A DNA stretch of 55,946 nucleotides from a virus. The position numbers and the translations under genes were made by a program. Below the pieces are notes generated by a model, which was not told where the DNA came from, made no database searches, and saw only the letters and a program-made list of their open reading frames with translations. The stretch lies in IMG/VR virus record IMGVR_UViG_3300050504_000274; one strand, written 5' to 3'. This document shows, piece by piece, positions 48,572 to 55,946 of this stretch (positions within the stretch are counted from its first letter, which is position 1; each line of letters opens with the position of its first letter).

Positions 48572-51500
48572 CTACTTCCCTCCCTGGAGGATACCACGGA
48601 TCGTGGTCGCGTTCTCCCTGATGTTCCGGATGAAGGCGTTCTTGCCGCCGGCCTGGAGCTTGTCGTACTCCTTCTCGCCGGCGACCTGGACGGGCAGGAC
48701 CACGAGGTCCCTGCCGCCCGCCTTCTGGTCGGCCGCGGCGCGGCGCTCGAGCCGGTCGGTGACGAGCCCGCCGCGCGCCATGCCGGCGGCCTCGCCCGCG
48801 CCCGCGCCCGAGGGTGCGGAAGGCAGGGCCGGCGCGGCGCCCTGGTTGACGCTGTTGAAGAACCCGAGGCCGAGGCTGTCGACGACCGCCTTGCGCACCA
48901 CGAACTCGCCGGGCTGGAGCCAGGCGGGCACGGTGTCGAGCGGGTGGATCCCGGCGGGGCGGCCGCCCGAGGCGAGGCCCTGCACGGCCACCCTGGCCGC
49001 GCTGGCCGCGCGCATCGCCGACCCGACTACGCCGCCGCGGGCGAACCCGCGCGGCACGTAGCCGCCCTCGTGGAAGCCCAGGCCGGCCCCGGAGGCGGCC
49101 CGGATGGCCGCGGCCGCGGTGGCGTTGGCGACCTCGATCGCGCCGGCCGTCTCGGCCGCGGTGACAGTGATCCCGGCCGCGGTAGTAGCGGCCCCCACGG
49201 TGATCGCGCCGGCCTCGGTCTGCCCGAGGGCCTGCTGGATGGCGCTCGAGATGGCGAGCGAGACGATCTGCTGGAGGATGATGTTCGCGATGCCCTGGAG
49301 GAACCGGGCGAAGCGCTCCTGGAGCGACTGGTCCTGCGTAGGGTCGAACGCGGTGACGATCGACGTCGAGATGAAGTCGGCGAGCGCCTGCGTGCTCTGC
49401 TTGACGATCGCGATGCCGGCCTCGAACGCCGTCGGCAGCTCCTTCGCGAGGTCCTGGAAGCCGCGCTCGACGCCCTGGCCGAGCGAGCCGTGGATCACCA
49501 GCTCCGCCTCCTGCCGCTGCTTCTCGAGCTGCTTCTCCTTCTCGCCGGAGATGGCCTTCTCGATCTCGAGCCGCTGCTCGAGGGCCGTCAGGTTGTCCAG
49601 GAGCGCCGAGCGCTCCGCGGCCGTCGGGCCGCCGGGGCCGGTGCGGTTCGCCGCCAGGAACGCCTCCCTGGCGACCGCGATCTGGCGCTCGAGCGCCTGC
49701 TGCTGCTGGGCGGACTCGACGCGGGCGAGGTTGAGCGCATTCTGGGCCTCGACGACGGCCTGCTGGCGGGCGCCGAGCCGGCGGACCACCACGTCGGTGA
49801 TCGCCCGCTCGTTCTCGGCCTGCTGCGCCAGGAGCACGTTCTCGCGCGAGAGGGTGCGCGAGGACTCCAGCGCCACGACGGCGGCCTTCTTCAGGGCCAG
49901 CTCGAGGTTCTTCTCGGCGATGGCGGCGAGGGCCTGCTGAAGCTCCCGCTGGTCCTGGAACAGCGAGACGAGCTGGGCCTCGGCCTCGCTGATCTTCAGC
50001 GCCTTCACCTGCTGGTCGCTCAGGGCGCCGTCGGCGACGCTCTCGAGCTGCGCGCGGCGCGCCACGTCGACGTTCTGCGCCTTCACGATGTCCGCGATCT
50101 CCTGCTCGACGCGCGCCTGGTCCGAGCGGATCTTCTTCAGGTCGACCGCCGACTTGACCAGGCTCTCGCTGAAGATCGACTGGATCTGCTTCGCCGAGCC
50201 CTCGACGTCCTTCGAGTTGAACGCGACCGAGAACTCCCGCCCGGCCTTGAACGTCTCGTCGTCGATGGACTTGATGAGGGCGTCCAGCTCCTTCACCTGG
50301 CGGCCGACGCCGGACAGGATGCCCTGGAAGTCCTGCGCGTTCTTCTTCGCCTTCGCGAACGGGTCGAAGCCGGGGCCGCGGTTAGAGCGCTCGGCCGCCT
50401 TGGTGGTGACGTCGGCGATCTGCTTGTCGATGTCGAGCTGCCGCTGCTTGCTCTGCTCTACAGCCCTGGCGTTCTCGGCGTCGATCTGCTCCTGGGTCTG
50501 GAGGGTGAACGCGCCCTTGAACTGGTTCGCGACCTTCTTCAGGGCGAGCGCCGCGCTCTCGATGCCGCCGACCAGGCCGAGGCCGATCAGCTTCACGGTC
50601 TCGGCGAGGTTCAGGTTGACGTCGAAGATGCTGCCGAGGATCAGGTCGAAGGCCCCGACGGCGAGCGCGAGGATGCCGGCGACGATCGCGGCCTCCTTGC
50701 CGAGCGCCTTCATGCCGGCGGGGAGCTGCGGGAACTTCGCGATCAGGTTGTCGACCAGGAAGGTGACGATCGTGCCGACCCGGAGGCCGGTCAGGCCGAG
50801 CGTGTTGTTCCAGACGACCGTGAGGCCGACGATGGTGCCGAGCGCGCCGGCGATCTGACCCAGGCCCTTCTCGCCGATCCCGAGGAAGTTCCCGACCGCG
50901 CGGACCGCGCCCACGACGGCCGTCAGGATCCTCAGCAGGGTCTCCGCGAAGCCGATCGCGAACTTGAGCGAGGAGACCAGCGCGGCGCCGACCGCCGCCA
51001 GGGCGTCGCGCAGGCCGCCGAAGCCGAGGTCCTTGAAGGCGTCCCGGAGGGCGACGACGCCCTCTTCGAGCGCCACGAAGATCGCCCGGAAGGACTGGAC
51101 GACCTGCGGGTTGACCCGGATCTTCCCGGCGGCGTCCCTGACGGTGAGCACCCGGTCCAGCAGCTCGTTGCCCACGCGCACCAAGGCCTCGAACAGCGGC
51201 CTGGCCGCCTCGCCGAGGATCTGGTTCACGACGCCGTGCACGACCTCCTGGAGGCCGCTGAGCGTGCTGCGGGCCTGCCGCTGGGCGGCCTCGTTGAAGG
51301 AGGCGAACTTCTTCTCCAGGAAGTCGAAGAGCTGGCCGGTCTCCTTGAGGCGCTTCACGTCGGCGTTCGTGATGCCGAGCGCGGTCGCGATCCGCGTGGT
51401 GCGGGCCTGGATCGTGCCGGCGAGCAGCGACCGGATCTCCTCGGCGAGCTGGTTCTGCGGCAGGCCGATCGCCTTCGCCGCGGCCGCGATCGAGCCGGTG

Positions 51501-52723
51501 AGCTGCCGGATCTGGTTGATGTTCAGGCCGGCGCCGAAGCCCGGCGCGACGGCGATCTGGAACGTCTCGACGAGGCTCTCGAAGGGCACGCCGAGGGCGA
51601 TCGCGTCCTTCTGGAGCTGCCGGACCTGCTGGTCGGCGACCTGGACGGCGATCGCGAACGCCTGCGCGCCCTGGACCGGGCGGCCGAACTGGTCGCGCAC
51701 CTCGGCCGTCGCGACGATGAGGCCGGCGATGCCGACGCGCGCCGAGTCGATGACGTTGCTGAACTGGAGCGCGGAGCTGACGAGGTTCTTGAACCCCTGC
51801 ACGGTCTCGCGCGCGATCGTGAACACCGCGAGGATGCCCACCAGCCGGCGGAACGTGAAGAGCGTCTGGCTCGCGCTCGAGCCGACGTCGCGCAGGCTCT
51901 CCTTCAGGTCCTTCGCCTGGTTGATCGACTTCGCGCCGCCGAGGAGGTCGCCGGCCGCGAACTGCTGCTGCGCGCGCGCCCGGAGCTGCGTGATCTGCGC
52001 GCGCACGATCGCCTCCTCGCGGAGCGAGTCGTTGATGCGCTGCTGGGCGAGGAAGTTCGGGTCCTGCGCCTGCCTCGCCCGGGCGTCGCGGGCCTGCGCG
52101 GCCGCTATCTTGGCGGCCTCCCGCTCCGTGCTCGCCTGCTGGTCGGCGAAGGCCTTGAGCTGCGCCTGCTCGTCCTTCCGGAGCGAGGCGCTGATCTTCG
52201 AGGCCTCGCGCTCCGCCTTGGTCTTGCTGTCCGCGGCCGCCTTGACGTCGCGCTGCTGCTTGAGGAGCGCGGCCGCCTCGTCCGCCCTGGCGGCGCGGCT
52301 GATCTTCGCCGCCTCGCGCTCGGCGCTCGCCTTGGCCCGGATGTTCGCCTGGATCGCCTGCTGCTCGGCGCGCTGCTGCTGGGCCGCTGCCTGGGCGGCG
52401 TCGCGCTGCTGGCGGGCCTGGTCGGCCGCGTTGCGGGCGGAGTCGCGGGCCTGCGTGGTGCGGATCTTGACGGCCTCGCGCTCGACGGCCTGCTGCCGCT
52501 TCGACTCGGCCTGGAGCCGCTGGAGGGCGGCCTTGTTCTCGTCGACCGCCGCGGCCGTCTTCTTGAAGCTGTCGGCCGCCCCGCGCTGCGAGACGGACGC
52601 CTGCTGTAGGTCCTTGAAGGCGGCCTTGGCGGACTCCAGCTCCGTGCGGAACTTCGCGGTGGTCTTCGAGAACTGGTCTCGAATCGCGATCGTGTACTGG
52701 AGCCCGCCTCGGTCTACCGCCAC
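48572..52723 (-). CDS. Tape measure protein (1383 aa)
   Basis: Length, a long Ala/Gln/Arg/Glu coiled-coil N-terminal third, hydrophobic Gly/Ala/Val central segments, and its position after the chaperone pair. Confidence 0.9.
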   Translation of the reverse strand: MAVDRGGLQYTIAIRDQFSKTTAKFRTELESAKAAFKDLQQASVSQRGAADSFKKTAAAVDENKAALQRLQAESKRQQAVEREAVKIRTTQARDSARNAADQARQQRDAAQAAAQQQRAEQQAIQANIRAKASAEREAAKISRAARADEAAALLKQQRDVKAAADSKTKAEREASKISASLRKDEQAQLKAFADQQASTEREAAKIAAAQARDARARQAQDPNFLAQQRINDSLREEAIVRAQITQLRARAQQQFAAGDLLGGAKSINQAKDLKESLRDVGSSASQTLFTFRRLVGILAVFTIARETVQGFKNLVSSALQFSNVIDSARVGIAGLIVATAEVRDQFGRPVQGAQAFAIAVQVADQQVRQLQKDAIALGVPFESLVETFQIAVAPGFGAGLNINQIRQLTGSIAAAAKAIGLPQNQLAEEIRSLLAGTIQARTTRIATALGITNADVKRLKETGQLFDFLEKKFASFNEAAQRQARSTLSGLQEVVHGVVNQILGEAARPLFEALVRVGNELLDRVLTVRDAAGKIRVNPQVVQSFRAIFVALEEGVVALRDAFKDLGFGGLRDALAAVGAALVSSLKFAIGFAETLLRILTAVVGAVRAVGNFLGIGEKGLGQIAGALGTIVGLTVVWNNTLGLTGLRVGTIVTFLVDNLIAKFPQLPAGMKALGKEAAIVAGILALAVGAFDLILGSIFDVNLNLAETVKLIGLGLVGGIESAALALKKVANQFKGAFTLQTQEQIDAENARAVEQSKQRQLDIDKQIADVTTKAAERSNRGPGFDPFAKAKKNAQDFQGILSGVGRQVKELDALIKSIDDETFKAGREFSVAFNSKDVEGSAKQIQSIFSESLVKSAVDLKKIRSDQARVEQEIADIVKAQNVDVARRAQLESVADGALSDQQVKALKISEAEAQLVSLFQDQRELQQALAAIAEKNLELALKKAAVVALESSRTLSRENVLLAQQAENERAITDVVVRRLGARQQAVVEAQNALNLARVESAQQQQALERQIAVAREAFLAANRTGPGGPTAAERSALLDNLTALEQRLEIEKAISGEKEKQLEKQRQEAELVIHGSLGQGVERGFQDLAKELPTAFEAGIAIVKQSTQALADFISTSIVTAFDPTQDQSLQERFARFLQGIANIILQQIVSLAISSAIQQALGQTEAGAITVGAATTAAGITVTAAETAGAIEVANATAAAAIRAASGAGLGFHEGGYVPRGFARGGVVGSAMRAASAARVAVQGLASGGRPAGIHPLDTVPAWLQPGEFVVRKAVVDSLGLGFFNSVNQGAAPALPSAPSGAGAGEAAGMARGGLVTDRLERRAAADQKAGGRDLVVLPVQVAGEKEYDKLQAGGKNAFIRNIRENATTIRGILQGGK

Positions 52724-52726
52724 GGA

Positions 52727-53649
52727 TCAGATCCCCTTCCCGAAGTCCTTCAGGAACTCGCGCGTCTCGCTCCTCGCGGCGCCGCCCTCCAGGCCGACGG
52801 CCTGGCGCATGGACCGGACGTACTTGCCGATCCCCTTGCTCTGGAGCTGCGCCCCGGCCATCGTGTCGTACACGAGGCCGATCCGCTCCTGGACGTCGCT
52901 GCGATTGATGGAGACCATGAGGCGGTCGAACTGGATCAGGTCGAGGGACTCGACGAACTCGAGAGGGAAGCCGAAGCCGACGGCTCGGACGACGGCATCG
53001 TAGAGCTGGCTCCATCGACCGCGCTGGCCTCCGTCGTCGGCGGAGGCGTCTGGAGTTCCGCCAGCTTCTCCTTCACCATCGCGGTCACCTTCTCCCCCAG
53101 GTCGCCGAAGACCTTCGCGTTCGCCGCGAGCCAGCCCTGGCAGAGCTGCACTAGCATCGGGAGAGACAGGCCCTCGTAGGACTCGCCGTCTCCGTAGAGG
53201 AACTCCTCCACCTGGTCGGTCTTGCGCGCCGGGTCGTAGTCGAACTCCTCGCGCAGGGAGTCCATGAGGAGCTTCCCGAGCAGGATCCGGTTCGGCTTGC
53301 TCGCGACCGCGCCGAGGATCTGGTTGACCGCCGACTCGCGCTCCTGGCGCCGGTGCCGGCTGATCTCCGGCGTCGGGGCGGCGACGATCGTTCGGTCGAT
53401 GGTGCTGTCGGCCGTCTCGGTGTTGGCGCGCAGGTCCTTGCGCACCTTCTCCTTGAAGTTCTCGGTCGTGACGTTGCGCGTCTCGTCTCGGTCGAGCAGG
53501 GACGAGATCGCGAGCCCCACGGGCTTGCTGACCTCGGCCAGCTCCTCGAGGAGCGCGATGCGGTTGGAGTAGAAGCGGAAGGTGCGGCCGTCGATCTCTC
53601 GCTCGACGAACACCTTGCTCTTCCACGTGAAGCGTTCTTTCCAGTTCAT
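52727..53649 (-). CDS. Tail assembly chaperone, putative -1 frameshift fusion product (G-T analogue)
   Basis: The frame of ORF 52727..53626 is -1 relative to ORF 52936..53649. It becomes protein-like only from about WSQLYDAVVRAVGFGFPLEFVESLDLIQFDRL (~53010 onward). The slip site is not identified. Confidence 0.45.
52936..53649 (-). CDS. Tail assembly chaperone (G analogue)
   Basis: 237 aa, located between the tube protein and the tape measure. The last ~30 aa are low-complexity Ser/Pro, consistent with a frameshift overlap zone. Confidence 0.7.
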   Translation of the reverse strand: MNWKERFTWKSKVFVEREIDGRTFRFYSNRIALLEELAEVSKPVGLAISSLLDRDETRNVTTENFKEKVRKDLRANTETADSTIDRTIVAAPTPEISRHRRQERESAVNQILGAVASKPNRILLGKLLMDSLREEFDYDPARKTDQVEEFLYGDGESYEGLSLPMLVQLCQGWLAANAKVFGDLGEKVTAMVKEKLAELQTPPPTTEASAVDGASSTMPSSEPSASASLSSSSSPST

Positions 53650-53675
53650 GTCTGCCTTCTCCTTGTGTAGCGGTC

Positions 53676-53707
53676 GTGGGCCGGGAGCGTCTCCGCCCCC
53701 GGCCCGC
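53676..53707 (-). terminator. GC hairpin directly after the major tail protein gene (attenuator-like; no U-tract)
   Basis: gggccggg (53678-53685) / cccggccc (53698-53705). Confidence 0.4.
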
Positions 53708-53721
53708 CTCTCGACCTCAGA

Positions 53722-54585
53722 TCACGCGACCATCGGGTCGTAGGTGCGCACGGTGAGCACCTTCGACACGTCGGGCACGCTGTTGTTGATCTCCGCGACG
53801 CCCTTGAAGGCCATCGTGGCCACGTCGTCGCCGATCATCGCCAGGTCGCCGTCGGCCGACAGCGAGACCCGGTGGAACCGGAACTCGACCTTCTGTCCGC
53901 AGTCGCCGGCGTTGTCCTGGATGAACAGGCAGGCGCCCTCGACCACCGCGCGGGTCAGCGCGTCCACCTCGTCGACGTCGTTCGCGGAGGTGGCACCCGT
54001 GGAGATCGTCCACTGCGAGGTGTCGCCCTCGGCGATGTTGGTCGCCGTCGGGAGGAACCGGATGAGGCCGAGCTGCTCGTCGATCTCGTAGTCGGTCCCC
54101 TCGACCAGCAGGACGTCGGTCACGGCGTCCTTCTCGATCGTGTAGACGAGCCCCGCGGCGTCCAGGTTGTACTCCCGGAGGCCGGCGGCGTTCCGCAGCT
54201 CGTACCAGGCACCCAGGTGGGTGTCGACCGAGATCACGACGTCGGTGTGGGTCGTGTCGTGCGGGTTGTCGTAGGTCGAGGTCTGGCCGCTGAAGAAGTC
54301 GGCGAGGTTCTGGAAGTTGCGCGTCTCGTCGAGCTTGAACCCGATCCCGATTTCCTGCGAGACCACGAACCGCTTGTCCGTGAACTTGACGCAGGAGCGG
54401 GAGTTCTTGTGGCGCAGGTCCTCGACGGTCACGGAGATCGTGAACTCGGGCGAGTTGCCCACGTCACGGTAACCGTTCACGTCGGGGAGGCCGGTGCTCG
54501 GGTCGAGCCTGGCGAGGTAGACGCGCCCACGCCCGAGAACGTAGTCCCGTTCGTTGGGAGCGCCGGTGAGATTGATTCCGGGCAT
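53722..54585 (-). CDS. Major tail (tube) protein
   Basis: 287 aa, beta-rich, immediately upstream of the chaperone pair and tape measure. The call is positional plus compositional. Confidence 0.75.
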   Translation of the reverse strand: MPGINLTGAPNERDYVLGRGRVYLARLDPSTGLPDVNGYRDVGNSPEFTISVTVEDLRHKNSRSCVKFTDKRFVVSQEIGIGFKLDETRNFQNLADFFSGQTSTYDNPHDTTHTDVVISVDTHLGAWYELRNAAGLREYNLDAAGLVYTIEKDAVTDVLLVEGTDYEIDEQLGLIRFLPTATNIAEGDTSQWTISTGATSANDVDEVDALTRAVVEGACLFIQDNAGDCGQKVEFRFHRVSLSADGDLAMIGDDVATMAFKGVAEINNSVPDVSKVLTVRTYDPMVA

Positions 54586-54615
54586 GTGTGTTTCTCCTAG
54601 GAGTTGCGGAAAGGG

Positions 54616-55946
54616 TTATCTGGGGCTCAGCTCGGCCTGGAAACGGAAGCGAGCGTGGGTCCCGTTCGACGCACCCTCCCGCGGAGGGTGCTCGTACTGG
54701 GTGTCGACGAGCTTGACGGTGACCTGGCGGTCCTCGTTCTCGTCGCGCGGGATGCAGATGGGGTCCTCGAGGAGGGCGCGAACGAACGGCTCGCAGATGA
54801 CCTCCTCGTTGAACTTCAGGATCAGGAGCCACTGCCACGACGTCGGGTCGAGCACGTACTTGCGCCCGAGGCGGTGGAGCGTCTGGTAGGCGGCGGTCAG
54901 CTCGTTGACCTCGACCGAGGCGGGCTGGACCTGGAGTCCCTGGACTAGCTCGCAGGCGTCGGAGTCGTAGGTGGCCTCGATGAACGTGCCGAGCTGCGCG
55001 GCGAGGCACAGCGCGTCGTGGACCTTCTTCTTCAGGGTCACGGCGATGAACCCTCCTCTGATGAAGGGATACCCGAACGCCTCCGCGCTCGCGATCCCGT
55101 GCGGCTGGACGACTTGCAGGCCGAGGGTGGAGAGCAGCGGCGTGCCGAACGCCTCCGCGCTCGCGATCCCCTGGCCGTCGAGGTCGACGACCTGAGCCCC
55201 GGAGACGACCACTACCGGCGTCCCGAAGGCCTCGAGGCTGGCGATGCCCTGGCCGTCGAGGTCGATCACGACCGCGCCGACGAGCAGGTCCGGAGATCCG
55301 AAGGCCTCCTCCGACGCGATGCCCTGGCCGTCGAGGTCGACGATGGTGGCGAACGTGACCGTGGGAGATCCGAACGCCTCGGCCGACGGGATGCCCTGGG
55401 CGTCGAGGTCGATCGCGACCGCTCCGGGCTGGACCTCGGGCGCGCCGAAGGCCTCGGCCGAGGCGATCCCCTGGCCGTCGAGGTCGATCGTCACCGCGCC
55501 GACCAGCAGGTCCGGCGAGCCGAAGGCCTCCGCGCTCGGGATGCCCTGGGCGTCGAGGTCGATCGCGATGGTCGCCGCGATCGTCGGAGAGCCGAACGCC
55601 TCGGACGATGGGATTCCCTGCCCGCTCAGGTCGACGGCGATCGACGCGGCGATCGTGGCGCTGCCGAACGCCTCCGCTGATGCGATGCCGCTCGGACTCA
55701 CGTTGATGTTCGTCGCGATCGTGGCGCTGCCGAACGCCTCCGCCGACGCGATGCCGCTCGGGCTGACGGCGATCGTGGCGGCGATCGCCGGCGTTCCGAA
55801 GGCCTCGGTGCTCGTGATGCCGCTCGGACTCACGTTGATGTTCGTCGCGATCGTGGCGCTGCCGAACGCCTCCGCCGACGCGATGCCGCTCGGGCTGACG
55901 GCGATCGTGGCGGCGATCGCCGGCGTTCCGAAGGCCTCGGTGCTCG
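54616..55946 (-). CDS. Repeat-containing fibre-like virion protein, C-terminal part (joins 1..1352 across the junction; ~851 aa in the circular model)
   Basis: The track ORF 54616..55833 stays open to the window end. It comprises 13 GI(A/P)SxEAFG(S/T)P units and then a 144-aa non-repetitive C-terminal domain (FIAVTLKKKVHDALCLAAQ...RFRFQAELSPR). Confidence 0.8.
   Translation of the reverse strand, partial: STEAFGTPAIAATIAVSPSGIASAEAFGSATIATNINVSPSGITSTEAFGTPAIAATIAVSPSGIASAEAFGSATIATNINVSPSGIASAEAFGSATIAASIAVDLSGQGIPSSEAFGSPTIAATIAIDLDAQGIPSAEAFGSPDLLVGAVTIDLDGQGIASAEAFGAPEVQPGAVAIDLDAQGIPSAEAFGSPTVTFATIVDLDGQGIASEEAFGSPDLLVGAVVIDLDGQGIASLEAFGTPVVVVSGAQVVDLDGQGIASAEAFGTPLLSTLGLQVVQPHGIASAEAFGYPFIRGGFIAVTLKKKVHDALCLAAQLGTFIEATYDSDACELVQGLQVQPASVEVNELTAAYQTLHRLGRKYVLDPTSWQWLLILKFNEEVICEPFVRALLEDPICIPRDENEDRQVTVKLVDTQYEHPPREGASNGTHARFRFQAELSPR
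55051..55946 (-). repeat. In-frame tandem coding repeats of 66-78 bp; the 5'-most copies form exact 132-bp double units
   Basis: Repeats continue to ~146 at the left end. 55688-55814 is identical to 55820-55946. Confidence 0.9.
55820..55946. repeat. Terminal direct repeat, right copy
   Basis: Identical to 1-127. Confidence 0.95.

Noticed and set aside
48944-52609. 1221-aa plus-strand ORF antisense to the tape measure gene, and the 877-aa minus-strand alternative frame 50382..53015
   Set aside because: The translations are dominated by Arg/Gly/Asp/Leu/Glu runs with no motifs. In a ~2/3 G+C genome, long stop-free frames opposite or alongside real genes are expected. The tape measure frame has the coherent coiled-coil and hydrophobic pattern.
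52727-52918. Independent 63-aa gene (MVSINRSDVQERIG...) instead of a chaperone frameshift product
   Set aside because: This is possible, since ATG 52918 lies 17 nt after the upstream stop. However, there is no ribosome-binding site, and the same frame is already protein-like for ~30 codons upstream of that ATG, which favours a -1 fusion. It is kept as the alternative in the frameshift finding.
55051-55946. Regular tandem repeats that could superficially suggest a CRISPR array or satellite
   Set aside because: The repeats are contiguous with no unique spacers, have 66-78-bp periods, stay in one open frame, and encode a coherent GIxSxEAFG peptide repeat. They are protein-coding repeats.
1-55946. 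Lysogeny module (integrase, CI-like repressor, attP) or evidence that this is a prophage with host flanks
   Set aside because: No tyrosine or serine recombinase motifs and no repressor/Cro pair were recognised. The ends are a direct overlap within a phage gene rather than host DNA. Lifestyle cannot be proven, but nothing supports temperance.

Overview
The window is an essentially complete tailed dsDNA phage genome with high G+C. It looks siphovirus-like: it has a tape measure, a tube protein and a lambda-J/GTA-type tail tip, and no sheath. Bases 1-127 are identical to 55820-55946, so the contig closes into a ~55.8-kb circle or terminally redundant unit, and one gene reads in frame across that junction.

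There are four transcription blocks:
- A leftward early/replication operon (34171 down to 8817). It encodes many small unknown ORFs, a GGDEF protein, a UDG-like protein, an HD hydrolase, an AEP-primase/SF3 helicase, a Cas4-like nuclease, an SNF2 helicase, a DNA ligase, a MazG-like protein, family-A DNA polymerase, a dATP/dGTP pyrophosphohydrolase-like protein, RuvC and a metallophosphoesterase.
- A rightward packaging block (35174-39950) that includes TerL.
- A rightward portal pair (6490-8666).
- A ~22-kb leftward morphogenesis operon. It starts at 6369, passes through the contig junction and ends at 40027. Its order is protease-scaffold, decoration, major capsid, connectors, repeat fibre, tube, chaperones, tape measure, tail tip.

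A ~1-kb noncoding hub of lower G+C (34172-35173) separates the divergent early and packaging blocks.

I recognised no integrase, repressor, tRNA, rRNA, CRISPR array, methyltransferase or canonical endolysin.

The most notable observations are:
- a six-member CTGCC-N5-GGCAG palindrome family at the starts of the morphogenesis and packaging operons
- a repeat-rich noncoding control hub
- a sensor-less phage GGDEF cyclase translationally coupled to a lipoprotein
- a dense set of nucleotide-pool enzymes
- a Cas4-like nuclease fused to a zinc ribbon, an AT-hook and an unknown domain
- several translationally coupled microproteins

All functional calls rest on motif recognition by eye. No database search was run.
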